From assembly GCA_051313645.2 (NCBI GenBank), contig JBNRSN020000129.1, positions 1,984,001 through 2,048,000 of the forward strand: a stretch of 64,000 nt of DNA, in the 5' to 3' direction. The translations under genes and the position numbers were made by a program. The notes below the pieces were generated by a model. It worked only from the letters and a program-made list of their open reading frames with translations. It did not search any database and was not told where the DNA came from. This stretch comes from Centroscyllium fabricii (taxonomy: Eukaryota). Below are positions 46,183 to 61,100 of the stretch, piece by piece. Within the stretch, counting starts at the first letter, position 1, and each line of letters opens with the position of its first letter.

Positions 46183-49100
46183 TGTGAGCAGTGTGTATAG
46201 GTGTGAACACTGTGTGTAGGTGAGCAGTGTGTGTGTATAGGTGTGAACACTGTGTAGGTGTGAGTAGTGTGTGTGCATAGGTGTGAACACTGTGTGTAGG
46301 TGTGCGCAGTGTGGGTCTGTATAGGTGTGAACACTGTGTGTAGGTGTGAGCAGCGTGTGTGTATAGTTGTGGACACTGTGTGTAGGTGTGAACACTGTGT
46401 AGGTATGAGCAGTGTGTGTATAGGTGTGAACACTGTGTGTAGGTGTGAGCAGTGTGTGTATAGGTGTGAACACTGTGTGTAGGTGTGAGCAGTATGTGTA
46501 TAGGTGTGAACACTGTAGGTGTGAGCAGTGTGTGTATAGGTGTGAACATTGTGTGTAGGTGTGAACACTGTGTAGGTATGAGCAGTGTGTGTATAGGTGT
46601 GAACACTGTGTGTAGGTGTGAGCAGTGTGTGTATAGGTGTGAACACAGTGTGTAGGTGTGAGCAGTGTGTGTATAGGTGTGAACACTGTAGGTGTGAGCA
46701 GTGTGTGTGTATAGGTGTGAACACTGTGTAGGTGTGAGCAGTGTGTGTGCATAGGTGTGAACACTGTGTGTAGGTGTGCGCAGTGTGTGTCTGTATAGGT
46801 GTGAACACTGTGTGTAGGTGTGAGCAGTGTGTGTGTATAGGTGTGAACACTGTGTAGGTGTGAGCAGTCTGTGTGTATAGGTGTGAACACTGTGTAGGTG
46901 TGAGCAGTGTGTGTGTATAGGTGTGAACACTGTGTAGGTGCGAGCAGTGTGTGTGTATAGGTGTGAACGCTGTGTAGGTGTGAGCAGTGTGTATAGGTGT
47001 GAACACTGTGTGTAGGTGTGAGCAGTGTGTATAGGTGTGAACAGTGTGTGTAGGTGAGCAGTGTGTGTGTATAGGTGTGAACACTGTGTAGGTGTGAGCA
47101 GTGTCTATAGGTGTGAACACTGTGTAGGTGTGAGCAGTGTGTGTAGGTGTGAGCAGTGTGTATAGGTGTGAGCAGTGTGTATAGGTGTGAACACTGTGTG
47201 TAGGTGTGAGTAGTGTGTGTATATAGGTGTGAACAGTGCGTAGGTGTGAGCAGTGTGTGTGTATAGGTGTGAACAGTGTGTAGGTGTGAGCAGTGTGTGT
47301 GTATAGGTGTGGACACTGTGTAGGTGTGAGCAGTGTGTGTGAATAGGTGTGAGCAGTGTGTGTGTATAGGTGTGAAAACTGTGTGTAGGTGTGAACACTG
47401 TGCGTAGGTGTGAGCAGTGTGTGTATAGGTGTAAACACTGTGTAGGTGTGAGCAGTGTGTGTATAGGTGTGAACACTGTGTGTAGATGTGAGCAGCGTGT
47501 ATAGGTGTGAACACTGTGTGTAGGTGTGGGCAGCGTGTATAGGTGTGAACACTGTGTGTAGGTGTGTGTATAGGTGTGAACACTGTGTGTAGGTGTGAGC
47601 AGTGTGTGTATAGGTGTGAACACTGTGTACAGGTGTGAGCAGTGTGTGTATAGGTGTGAACACTGTGTGTAGGTGTGTGTATAGGTGAGAACACTGTGTG
47701 TAGGTGTGATCAGTGTGTGTATAGGTGTGAACACTGTGTATAGGTGTGAGCAGTGTGTTTATAGGTGTGGACACAGTGTGTAGGTGTGAGCAGTGTGTGT
47801 ATAGGTGTGAACACTGTGTGTAGGTGTGAACACTGTGTGTAGGTGTGGGCAGCGTGTATAGGTGTGAACACTGTGTGTAGGTGTGGGCAGCATGTATAGG
47901 TGTGAACACTGTGTGTAGGTGTGTGTATAGGTGTGAACACTGTGTGTAGGTGTGAGCAGTGGGTGTATAGGTGTGAACACTGTGTATAGGTGTGAGCAGT
48001 GTGTGTATAGGTGTGAACACTGTGTGTAGGTGTGTGTATAGGTGTGAACACTGTGTGTAGGTGTGATCAGTGTGTGTATAGGTGTGAACACGGTGTATAG
48101 GTGTGAGCAGTGTGTGTATAGGTGTGAACACTGTGTGTAGGTGTGAGCAGTGTGTATAGGTGTGAACACTGTGCGTAGGTGTGAGCAGTGTGTGTATAGC
48201 TGTGAACACTGTGTAGGTGTGAGCAGTGTGTATAGGTGTGAACACTGTGTGTAGGTGAGCAGTGTGTGTGTATAGGTGTGAACACTGTGTAGGTGCGAGC
48301 AGTGTGTGTGTATAGGTGTGAACGCTGTGTAGGTGTGAGCAGTGTGTATAGGTGTGAACACTGTGTGTAGGTGTGAGCAGTGTGTATAGGTGTGAACAGT
48401 GTGTGTAGGTGAGCAGTGTGTGTGTATAGGTGTGAACACTGTGTAGGTGTGAGCAGTGTCTATAGATGTGAACACTGTGTAGGTGTGAGCAGTGTGTGTA
48501 GGTGTGAGCAGTGTGTATAGGTGTGAGCAGTGTGTATTGGTGTGAACACTGTGTGTAGGTGTGAGTAGTGTGTGTATATAGGTGTGAACAGTGTGTAGGT
48601 GTGAGCAGTGTGTGTGTATAGGTGTGAACACTGTGTAGGTGTGAGCAGTGTGTGTGTATAGGTGTGAACACTGTGTGTAGGTGTGAGCAGTGTGTATAGG
48701 TGTGAACACTGTGTGTAGGTGTGAGCAGTGTGTGTATATAGGTGTGAACAGTGTGTAGGTGTGAGCAGTGTGTGTATATAGGTGTGAACACTGTGTAGGT
48801 GTGAGCAGTGTGTGTGTATAGGTGTGAACACTGTGTGTAGGTGTGAGCAGTGTGTGTGTATAGGTGTGAACACTGTGTGAATAGGTGTGAGCAGTGTGTG
48901 TGTATAGGTGTGAACACTATGTGTAGGTGTGAACGCTGTGTGTAGGTGTGAGCAGTGTGTGTATAGGTGTGAACACTGTGTGTAGGTGTGAGCAGTGTGT
49001 GTATAAGTGTGAACACTGTGTAGGTGTGAGCAGTGTGTGTGTATAGGTTTGAACACTGTGTGTAGGTATGAGCAGTGTGTGTGTGTATAGGTGTGAACAC

Positions 49101-52100
49101 TGTGTAGGTATGAGCAGTGTGTGTATAGGTGTGAACACTGTGTGTAGGTGTGAGCAGTGTGTGTGTATAGGTGTGAACACTGTGTAGGTGTGAGCAGTGT
49201 GTGTGTATAGGTGTGAACACTGTGTAGGTGTGAGCAGTGTGTGTGTATAGGTGTGAACACTGTGTAGGTGTGAGCAGTGTGTGTGTATAGGTGTGAACAG
49301 TGTGTAGGTGTGAGCAGTGTGTTTGTATAGGTGTGAACACTGTGTGTAGATGTGAGCAGTGTGTGTGTATAGGTGTGAACAGTGTGTAGGTGTGAGCAGT
49401 GTGTTTGTATAGGTGTGTACACTGTGTAGGTGTGAGCAGTGTGTGTGTATAGGTGTGGACACTGTGTAGGCGTGAGCAGTGTGTGTGAATAGGTGTGAGC
49501 AGTGTGTGTGTATAGGTGTGAACACTGTGTGTAGGTGTGAACACTGTGTAGGTGTGAGCAGTGTGTGTATAGGTGTGAACACTGTGTGTAGATGTGAGCA
49601 GCGTGTATAGGTGTGAACACTGTGTGTAGGTGTGTGCAGCGTGTATAGGTGTGAACACTGTGTGTAGGTGTGTGTATAGGTGTGAACACTGTGTGTAGGT
49701 GTGAGCAGTGTGAGTATAGGTGTGAACACTGTGTATAGGTGTGAGCAGTGTGTGTATAGGTGTGAACACTGTGTGTAGGTGTGTGTATAGGTGTGAACAC
49801 TGTGTGTAGGTGTGATCAGTGTGTGTATAGGTGTGAACACTGTGTATAGGTGTGAGCAGTGTGTGTATAGGTGTGAACACTGTGTGTAGGTGTGAGCAGT
49901 GTGTATAGGTGTGAACACTGTGTGTAGGTGTGCGCAGTGTGTGTCTGTATAGGTGTGAACACTGTGTGTAGGTGTGAGCAGTGTGTGTGTATAGGTGTGA
50001 ACACTGTGTAGGTGTGAGCAGTCTGTGTGTATAGGTGTGAACACTGTGTAGGTGTGAGCAGTGTGTGTGTATAGGTGTGGACACTGTGTAGGTGCGAGCA
50101 GTGTGTGTGTATAGGTGTGAACGCTGTGTAGGTGTGAGCAGTGTGTATAGGTGTGAACACTGTGTGTAGGTGTGAGCAGTGTGTATAGGTGTGAACAGTG
50201 TGTGTAGGTGAGCAGTGTGTGTGTATAGGTGTGAACACTGTGTAGGTGTGAGCAGTGTCTATAGGTGTGAACACTGTGTAGGTGTGAGCAGTGTGTATAG
50301 GTGTGAGCAGTGTGTATAGGTGTGAACACTGTGTGTAGGTGTGAGTAGTGTGTGTATATAGGTGTGAACAGTGTGTAGGTGTGAGCAGTGTGTGTGTATA
50401 GGTGTGAACACTGTGTAGGTGTGAGCAGTGTGTGTGTATAGGTGTGAACACTGTGTGTAGGTGTGAGCAGTGTGTGTATATAGGTGTGAACAGTGTGTAG
50501 GTGTGAGCAGTGTGTGTATATAGGTGTGAACACTGTGTAGGTGTGAGCAGTGTGTGTGTATAGGTGTGAACACTGTGTGTAGGTGTGAGCAGTGTGTGTG
50601 TATAGGTGTGAACACTGTGTGAATAGGTGTGAGCAGTGTGTGTGTATAGGTGTGAACACTGTGTGTAGGTGTGAACGCTGTGTGTAGGTGTGAGCAGTGT
50701 GTGTATAGGTGTGAACACTGTGTGTAGGTGTGAGCAGTGTGTGTATAGGTGTGAACACTGTGTGTAGGTGTGAGCAGTGTGTGTGTATAGGTGTGAACAC
50801 TGTGTAGGTGTGAGCAGTGTGTGTGTATAGGTGTGAACACTGTGTAGGTGTGAGCAGTGTGTGTGTATAAGTGTGAACACTGTGTAGGTGTGAGCAGTGT
50901 GTGTGTATAGGTGTGAACAGTGTGTGTAGGTATGAGCAGTGTGTGTGTGTATAGGTGTGAACACTGTGTAGGTGTGAGCAGTGTGTGTATAGGTGTGAAC
51001 ACTGTGTGTAGGTGTGAGCAGTGTGTGTGTATAGGTGTGAACACTGTGTAGGTGTGAGCAGTGTGTGTGTATAGGTGTGAACACTGTGTAGGTGTGAGCA
51101 GTGTGTGTGTATAGGTGTGAACACTGTGTAGGTGTGAGCAGTGTGTGTGTATAGGTGTGAACAGTGTGTAGGTGTGAGCAGTGTGTTTGTATAGGTGTGA
51201 ACACTGTGTGTACGTGTGAGCAGTGTGTGTGTATAGGTGTGAACAGTGTGTAGGTGTGAGCAGTGTGTGTAGAGGTGTGGACACTGTGTAGGTGTGAGCA
51301 GTGTGTGTGAATAGGTGTGAGCAGTGTGTGTGTATAGGTGTGAAAACTGTGTGTAGGTGTGAACACTGTGTGCAGTTGTGAGCAGTGTGTGTATAGGTGT
51401 GAACACTGTGTAGGTGTGAGCAGTGTGTGTATAGGTGTGAACACTGTGTGTAGATGTGAGCAGCGTGTATAAGTGTGAACACTGTGTAGGTGTGGGCAGC
51501 GTGTATAGGTGTGAACACTGTCTGTAGGTGTGTGTATAGGTGTGAACACTGTGTGTAGGTGTGAGCAGTGTGTGTATAGGTGTGAACACTGTGTATAGGT
51601 GTGAGCAGTGTGTGTATAGGTGTGAACACTGTGTGTAGGTGTGTGTATAGGTGTGAACACTGTGTGTAGGTGTGATAAGTGTGTGTATAGGTGTGAACAC
51701 TGTGTATAGGTGTGAGCAGTGTGTTTATAGGTGTGGACACAGTGTGTAGGTGTGAGCAGTGTGTGTATAGGTGTGAACACTGTGTGTAGGTGTGAACACT
51801 GTGTGTAGGTGTGGGCAGCGTGTTTGGGTGTGAACACTGTGTGTAGGTGTGGGCAGCGTGTATAGGTGTGAACACTGTGTGTAGGTGTGTGTATAGGTGT
51901 GAACACTGTGTGTAAGTGTGAACAGTGGGTGTATAGGTGTGAACACTGTGTATAGGTGTGAGCAGTGTGTGTATAGGTGTGAACACTGTGTGTAGGTGTG
52001 TGTATAGGTGTGAACACTGTGTGTAGGTGTGATCAGTGTGTGTATAGGTGTGAACACTGTGTATAGGTGTGAGCAGTGTGTGTATAGGTGTGAACACTGT

Positions 52101-55100
52101 GTGTAGGTGTGAGCAGTGTGTATAGGTGTGAACACTGTGTGTAGGTGTGAGCAGTGTGTGTATAGCTGTGAACACTGTGTAGGTGTGAGCAGTGTGTATA
52201 GGTGTGAACACTGTGTGTAGGTGAGCAGTGTGTGTGTATAGGTGTGAACACTGTGTAGGTGCGAGCAGTGTGTGTGTATAGGTGTGAACGCTGTGTAGGT
52301 GTGAGCAGTGTGTATAGGTGTGAACACTGTGTGTAGGTGCAAGCAGTGTGTATAGGTGTGAACAGTGTGTGTAGTTGAGCAGTGTGTGTGTATAGGTGTG
52401 AACACTGTGTAGGTGTGAGCAGTGTCTATAGGTGTGAACACTGTGTAGGTGTGAGCAGTGTGTGTAGGTGTGAGCAGTGTGTATAGGTGTGAGCAGTGTG
52501 TATAGGTGTGAACACTGTGTGTAGGTGTGAGTAGTGTGTGTATATAGTTGTGAACAGTGTGTAGGTGTGAGCAGTGTGTGTGTACAGGTGTGAACACTGT
52601 GTAGGTGTGAGCAGTGTGTGTGTAGGCGTGAACACTGTGTGTAGGTGTGAGCAGTGTGTATAGGTGTGAACACTGTGTGTAGGTGTGAGCAGTGTGTGTA
52701 TATAGGTGTGAACAGTGTGTAGGTGTGAGCAGTGTGTGTATATAGGTGTCAACACTGTGTAGGTGTGAGCAGTGTGTGTGTATAGGTGTGAACACTGTGT
52801 GTAGGTGTGAGCAGTGTGTGTGTATAGGTGTGTACACTGTGTGAATAGGTGTGAGCAGTGTGTGTGTATAGGTGTGAACACTATGTGTAGGTGTGAACGC
52901 TGTGTGTAGGTGTGAGCAGTGTGTGTATAGGTGTGAACACTGTGTGTAGGTGTGAGCAGTGTGTGTATAAGTGTGAACACTGTGTAGGTGTGAGCAGTGT
53001 GTGTGTATAGGTGTGAACACTGTGTGTAGGTATGAGCAGTGTGTGTGTGTATAGGTGTGAACACTGTGTAGGTGTGAGCAGTGTGTGTATAGGTGTGAAC
53101 ACTGTGTGTAGGTGTGAGCAGTGTGTGTGTATCGGTGTGAACACTGTGTAGGTGTGAGCAGTGTGTGTGTATAGGTGTGAACACTGTGTAGGTGTGAGCA
53201 GTGTGTGTGTATAGGTGTGAACACTGTGTAGGTGTGAGCAGTGTGTGTGTATAGGTGTGAACAGTGTGTAGGTGTGAGCAGTGTGTTTGTATAGGTGTGA
53301 ACACTGTGTGTAGATGTGAGCAGTGTGTGTGTATAGGTGTGAACAGTGTGTAGGTGTGAGCAGTGTGTTTGTATAGGTGTGGACACTGTGTAGGTGTGAG
53401 CAGTGTGTGTGTATAGGTGTGGACACTGTGTAGGCGTGAGCAGTGTGTGTGAATAGGTGTGAGCAGTGTGTGTGTATAGGTGTGAACACTGTGTGTAGGT
53501 GTGAACACTGTGTGTAGGTGTGAGCAGTGTGTGTATAGGTGTGAACACTGTGTAGGTGTGAGCAGTGTGTGTATAGGTGTGAACACTGTGTGTAGATGTG
53601 AGCAGCGTGTATAGGTGTGAACACTTTGTGTAGGTGTGGGCAGCGTGTATAGGTGTGAACACTGTGTGTAGGTGTGTGTATAGGTGTGAACACTGTGTGT
53701 AGGTGTGAGCAGTGTGTGTATAGGTGTGAACACTGTGTATAGGTGTGAGCAGTGTGTGTATAGGTGTGAACACTGTGTGTAGGTGTGTGTATATGTGTGA
53801 ACACTGTGTGTAGGTGTGATCAGTGTGTGTATAGGTGTGAACACTGTGTATAGGTGTGAGCAGTGTGTGTATAGGTGTGAACACTGTGTGTAGGTGTGAG
53901 CAGTGTGTATAGGTGTGAACACTGTGTGTAGGTGTGAGCAGTGTGTGTATAGCTATGAACACTGTGTAGGTGTGAGCAGTGTATAGGTGTGAACACTGTG
54001 TGTAGGTGAGCAGTGTGTGTATAGGTGTGAACACTGTGTAGGTGTGAGCAGTGTGTATAGGTGTGAACACTGTGTGTAGGTGTGAGCAGTGTGTATAGGT
54101 GTGAACACTGTGTGTAGGTGTGAACAGTGTCTGTAGGTGTGAGCAGTGTGTGTGTATAGGTGTGAACACTGTGTGTAGTTGTGAGCAGTGTGTGTGTATA
54201 GGTGTGAACACTGTGTATAGGTGTGAACACTGTGTGTAGGTGTGAGCAGTGTGTGTATAGGTGTGAACACTGTGTAGGTGTGAGCAGTGTGTTTAGGTGT
54301 GAACACTGTGTATAGGTGTGAGCAGTGTGTTTATAGGTGTGAACACTGTGTAGGTGTGAGCAGTGTGTGTATAAGTGTAAACACTGTGTGTAGGTGTCAG
54401 CAGTGTGTGTGTATAGGTGTGAACACTGTGTATAGGTGTGAACACTGTGTGTAGGTGTGAGCAGTGTGTGTATAGGTGTGAACACTGCGTAGGTGTGAGC
54501 AGTGTGTGTATAGGTGTGAACACTGTGTATAGGTGTGAACACTGTGTGTAGGTGTGAGCAGTGCGTGTATAGGTGTGAACACTGTGTAGGTGTGAGCAGT
54601 GTGTGTATAGGTGTGAACAGTGTGTAGGTGTGAGCAGTTTGAACACTGTGTATAAGTGTGAGCAGTGTGTTTATAGGTGTGAACACTGTGTAGGTGTGAG
54701 CAGTGTGTTTATAGGTGTGAACACTGTGTAGGTGTGAGCAGTGTGTGTATAGGTGTGAACACTGTGTATAGGTGTGAACACTGTGTGTAGGTGTGAGCAG
54801 TGTGTGTATAGGTGTGAATACTGTGTAGGTGTGAGCAGTGTGTGTATAGGTGTGAACAGTGTGTAGGTGTGAGCAGTGTGAACACTGTGTATAGGTGTGA
54901 GCAGTGTGTTTATAGGTGTGAACACTGTGTAGGTGTGAGCAGTGTGTTTATAGGTGTGAACACTGTGTAGGTGTGAGCAGTGTGTTTATAGGTGTGAACA
55001 CTGTGTAGGTGTGAGCAGTGTGTGTATAGGTGTAAACACTGTGTGTAGGTGTGTGTATAGGTGTGAACACTGTGTGTAGGTGTGAGCAGTGTGTGTATAG

Positions 55101-58100
55101 GTGTGAACACTGTGTATAGGTGTGAGCAGTGTGTGTATAGGTGTGAACACTGTGTGTAGGTGTGTGTATAGGTGGGAACACTGTGTGTAGGTGTGATCAG
55201 TGTGTGTATATGTGTGAACACTGTGTATAGGTGTGAGCAGTGTGTTTATAGGTGTGGACACAGTGTGTAGGTGTGAGCAGTGTGTGTATAGGTGTGAACA
55301 CTGTGTGTAGGTGTGAACACTGTGTGTAGGTGTGGGCAGCGTGTTTGGGTGTGAACACTGTGTGTAGGAGTGGGCAGCGTGTATAGGTGTGAACACTGTG
55401 TGTAGGTGTGTGTATAGGTGTGAACACTGTGTAAGTGTGAGCAGTGGGTGTATAGGTGTGAACACTGTGTATAGGTGTGAGCAGTGTGTGTATAGGTGTG
55501 AACACTGTGTGTAGGTGTGTGTATAGGTGTGAACACTGTGTGTAGGTGTGATCAGTGTGTGTATAGGTGTGAACACTGTGTATAGGTGTGAGCAGTGTGT
55601 GTATAGGTGTGAACACTGTGTGTAGGTGTGAGCAGTGTGTATAGGTGTGAACACTGTGTGTAGGTGTGAGCAGTGTGTGTATAGCTGTGAACACTGTGTA
55701 GGTGTGAGCAGTGTGTATAGGTGTGAACACTGTGTGTAGGTGAGCAGTGTGTGTGTATAGGTGTGAACACTGTGTAGGTGCGAGCAGTGTGTGTGTATAG
55801 GTGTGAACGCTGTGTAGGTGTGAGCAGTGTGTATAAGTGTGAACACTGTGTGTAGGTGTGAGCAGTGTGTATAGGTGTGAACAGTGTGTGTAGGTGAGCA
55901 GTGTGTGTGTATAGGTGTGAACACTGTGTAGGTGTGAGCAGTGTCTATAGGTGTGAACACTGTGTAGGTGTGAGCAGTGTGTGTAGGTGTGAGCAGTGTG
56001 TATAGGTGTGAGCAGTGTGTATAGGTGTGAACACTGTGTGTAGGTGTGAGTAGTGTGTGTATATAGGTGTGAACAGTGTGTAGGTGTGAGCAGTGTGTGT
56101 GTATAGGTGTGAACACTGTGTAGGTGTGAGCAGTGTGTGTGTAGGTGTGAACACTGTGTGTAGGTGTGAGCAGTGTGTATAGGTGTGAACACTGTGTGTA
56201 GGTGTGAGCAGTGTGTGTATATAGGTGTGAACAGTGTGTAGGTGTGAGCAGTGTGTGTATATAGGTGTCAACACTGTGTAGGTGTGAGCAGTGTGTGTGT
56301 ATAGGTGTGAACACTGTGTGTAGGTGTGAGCAGTGTGTGTGTATAGGTGTGAACACTGTGTGAATAGGTGTGAGCAGTGTGTGTGTATAGGTGTGAACAC
56401 TATGTGTAGGTGTGAATGCTGTGTGTAGGTGTGAGCAGTGTGTGTATAGGTGTGAACACTGTGTGTAGGTGTGAGCAGTGTGTGTATAAGTGTGAACACT
56501 GTGTAGGTGTGAGCAGTGTGTGTGTATAGGTGTGAACACTGTGTGTAGGTATGAGCAGTGTGTGTGTGTATAGGTGTGAACACTGTGTAGGTGTGAGCAG
56601 TGTGTGTATAGGTGTGAACACTGTGTGTAGGTGTGAGCAGTGTGTGTGTATCGGTGTGAACACTGTGTAGGTGTGAGCAGTGTGTGTGTATAGGTGTGAA
56701 CACTGTGTAGGTGTGAGCAGTGTGTGTGTATAGGTGTGAACACTGTGTAGGTGTGAGCAGTGTGTGTGTATAGGTGTGAACAGTGTGTAGGTGTGAGCAG
56801 TGTGTTTGTATAGGTGTGAATACTGTGTGTAGATGTGAGCAGTGTGTGTGTATAGGTGTGAACAGTGTGTAGGTGTGAGAAGTGTGTTTGTATAGGTGTG
56901 GACACTGTGTAGGTGTGAGCAGTGTGTGTGTATAGGTGTGGACACTGTGTAGGCGTGAGCAGTGTGTGTGAATAGGTGTGAGCAGTGTGTGTGTATAGGT
57001 GTGAACACTGTGTGTAGGTGTGAACACTGTGTGTAGGTGTGAGCAGTGTGTGTATAGGTGTGAACACTGTGTAGGTGTGAGCAGTGTGTGTATAGGTGTG
57101 AACACTGTGTGTAGATGTGAGCAGCGTGTATAGGTGTGAACACTTTGTGTAGGTGTGGGCAGCGTGTATAGGTGTGAACACTGTGTGTAGGTGTGTGTAT
57201 AGGTGTGAACACTGTGTGTAGGTGTGAGCAGTGTGTGTATAGGTGTGAACACTGTGTATAGGTGTGAGCAGTGTGTGTATAGGTGTGAACACTGTGTGTA
57301 GGTGTGTGTATATGTGTGAACACTGTGTGTAGGTGTGATCAGTGTGTGTATAGGTGTGAACACTGTGTATAGGTGTGAGCAGTGTGTGTATAGGTGTGAA
57401 CACTGTGTGTAGGGGTGAGCAGTGTGTATAGGTGTGAACACTGTGTGTAGGTGTGAGCAGTGTGTGTATAGCTATGAACACTGTGTAGGTGTGAGCAGTG
57501 TATAGGTGTGAACACTGTGTGTAGGTGAGCAGTGTGTGTGTATAGGTGTGAACACTGTGTAGGTGTGAGCAGTGTGTATAGGTGTGAACACTGTGTGTAG
57601 GTGTGAGCAGTGTGTATAGGTGTGAACACTGTGTGTAGGTGTGAACACTGTGTGTAGGTGTGAGCAGTGTGTGTATAGGTGTGAACACTGTGTAGGTGTG
57701 AGCAGTGTGTGTATAGGTGTGAACAGTGTGTAGGTGTGAGCAGTGTGAACACTGTGTATAGGTGTGAGCAGTGTGTTTATAGGTGTGAACACTGTGTAGG
57801 TGTGAGCAGTGTGTTTATAGGTGTGAACACTGTGTAGGTGTGAGCAGTGTGTTTATAGGTGTGAACACTGTGTAGGTGTGAGCAGTGTGTGTATAGGTGT
57901 AAACACTGTGTGTAGGTGTGTGTATAGGTGTGAACACTGTGTGTAGGTGTGAGCAGTGTGTGTATAGGTGTGAACACTGTGTATAGGTGTGAGCAGTGTG
58001 TGTATAGGTGTGAACACTGTGTGTAGGTGTGTGTATAGGTGTGAACACTGTGTGTAGGTGTGATCAGTGTGTGTATAGGTGTGAACACTGTGTATAGGTG

Positions 58101-61100
58101 TGAGCAGTGTGTTTATAGGTGTGGACACAGTGTGTAGGTGTGAGCAGTGTGTGTATAGGTGTGAACACTGTGTGTAGGTGTGAACACTGTGTGTAGGTGT
58201 GGGCAGCGTGTTTGGGTGTGAACACTGTGTGTAGGAGTGGGCAGCGTGTATAGGTGTGAACACTGTGTGTAGGTGTGTGTATAGGTGTGAACACTGTGTA
58301 AGTGTGAGCAGTGGGTGTATAGGTGTGAACACTGTGTATAGGTGTGAGCAGTGTGTGTATAGGTGTGAACACTGTGTGTAGGTGTGTGTATAGGTGTGAA
58401 CACTGTGTGTAGGTGTGATCAGTGTGTGTATAGGTGTGAACACTGTGTATAGGTGTGAGCAGTGTGTGTATAGGTGTGAACACTGTGTGTAGGTGTGAGC
58501 AGTGTTTATAGGTGTTAACACTGTGTGTAGGTGTGAGCAGCGTGTGTATAGCTGTGAACACTGTGTAGGTGTGAGCAGTGTGTATAGGTGTGAACACTGT
58601 GTGTAGGTGAGCAGTGTGTGTGTATAGGTGTGAACACTGTGTAGGTGCAAGCAGTGTGTGTGTATAGGTGTGAACGCTGTGTAGGTGTGAGCAGTGTGTA
58701 TAAGTGTGAACACTGTGTGTAGGTGTGAGCAGTGTGTATAGGTGTGAACAGTGTGTGTAGGTGAGCAGTGTGTGTGTATAGGTGTGAACACTGTGTAGGT
58801 GTGAGCAGTGTCGATAGGTGTGAACACTGTGTAGGTGTGAGCAGTGTGTGTGTTGGTGTGAGCAGTGTGTATAGGTGTGAGCAGTGTGTATAGGTGTGAA
58901 CACTGTGTGTAGGTGTGAGTAGTGTGTGTATATAGGTGTGAACAGTGTGTAGGTGTGAGCAGTGTGTGTGTATAGGTGTGAACACTGTGTAGGTGTGAGC
59001 AGTGTGTGTGTAGGTGTGAACACTGTGTGTAGGTGTGAGCAGTGTGTATAGGTGTGAACACTGTGTGTAGGTGTGAGCAGTGTGTGTATATAGGTGTGAA
59101 CAGTGTGTAGGTGTGAGCAGTGTGTGTATATAGGTGTCAACACTGTGTAGGTGTGAGCAGTGTGTGTGTATAGGTGTGAACACTGTGTGTAGGTGTGAGC
59201 AGTGTGTGTGTATAGGTGTGAACACTGTGTGAATAGGTGTGAGCAGTGTGTGTGTATAGGTGTGAACACTATGTGTAGGTGTGAATGCTGTGTGTAGGTG
59301 TGAGCAGTGTGTGTATAGGTGTGAACACTGTGTGTAGGTGTGAGCAGTGTGTGTATAAGTGTGAACACTGTGTAGGTGTGAGCAGTGTGTGTGTATAGGT
59401 GTGAACACTGTGTGTAGGTATGAGCAGTGTGTGTGTGTATAGGTGTGAACACTGTGTAGGTGTGAGCAGTGTGTGTATAGGTGTGAACACTGTGTGTAGG
59501 TGTGAGCAGTGTGTGTGTATCGGTGTGAACACTGTGTAGGTGTGAGCAGTGTGTGTGTATAGGTGTGAACACTGTGTAGGTGTGAGCAGTGTGTGTGTAT
59601 AGGTGTGAACACTGTGTAGGTGTGAGCAGTGTGTGTGTATAGGTGTGAACACTGTGTGTAGGTGTGAGCAGTGTGTATAGGTGTGAACACTGTGTGTAGG
59701 TGTGAGCAGTGTGTGTATAGCTATGAACACTGTGTAGGTGTGAGCAGTGTATAGGTGTGAACACTGTGTGTAGGTGAGCAGTGTGTGTATAGGTGTGAAC
59801 ACTGTGTAGGTGTGAGCAGTGTGTATAGGTGTGAACACTGTGTGTAGGTGTGAGCAGTGTGTATAGGTGTGAACATTGTGTGTAGGTGTGAACAGTGTCT
59901 GTAGGTGTGAGCAGTGTGTGTGTATAGGTGTGAACACTGTGTGTAGTTGTGAGCAGTGTGTGTGTATAGGTGTGAACACTGTGTATAGGTGTGAACACTG
60001 TGTGTAGGTGTGAGCAGTGTGTGTATAGGTGTGAACACTGTGTAGGTGTGAGCAGTGTGTTTAGGTGTGAACACTGTGTATAGGTGTGAGCAGTGTGTTT
60101 ATAGGTGTGAACACTGTGTAGGTGTGAGCAGTGTGTGTATAAGTGTAAACACTGTGTGTAGGTGTCAGCAGTGTGTGTGTATAGGTGTGAACACTGTGTA
60201 TAGGTGTGAACACTGTGTGTAGGTGTGAGCAGTGTGTGTATAGGTGTGAACACTGCGTAGGTGTGAGCAGTGTGTGTATAGGTGTGAACACTGTGTATAG
60301 GTGTGAACACTGTGTGTAGGTGTGAGCAGTGCGTGTATAGGTGTGAACACTGTGTAGGTGTGAGCAGTGTGTGTATAGGTGTGAACACTGTGTAGGTGTG
60401 AGCAGTTTGAACACTGTGTATAAGTGTGAGCAGTGTGTTTATAGGTGTGAACACTGTGTAGGTGTGAGCAGTGTGTTTATAGGTGTGAACACTGTGTAGG
60501 TGTGAGCAGTGTGTGTATAGGTGTGAACACTGTGTATAGGTGTGAACACTGTGTGTAGGTGTGAGCAGTGTGTGTATAGGTGTGAACACTGTGTAGGTGT
60601 GAGCAGTGTGTGTATAGGTGTGAACAGTGTGTAGGTGTGAGCAGTGTGAACACTGTGTATAGGTGTGAGCAGTGTGTTTATAGGTGTGAACACTGTGTAG
60701 GTGTGAGCAGTGTGTTTATAGGTGTGAACACTGTGTAGGTGTGAGCAGTGTGTTTATAGGTGTGAACACTGTGTAGGTGTGAGCAGTGTGTGTATAGGTG
60801 TAAACACTGTGTGTAGGTGTGTGTATAGGTGTGAACACTGTGTGTAGGTGTGAGCAGTGTGTGTATAGGTGTGAACACTGTGTATAGGTGTGAGCAGTGT
60901 GTGTATAGGTGTGAACACTGTGTGTAGGTGTGTGTATAGGTGTGAACACTGTGTGTAGGTGTGATCAGTGTGTGTATAGGTGTGAACACTGTGTATAGGT
61001 GTGAGCAGTGTGTTTATAGGTGTGGACACAGTGTGTAGGTGTGAGCAGTGTGTGTATAGGTGTGAACACTGTGTGTAGGTGTGAACACTGTGTGTAGGTG

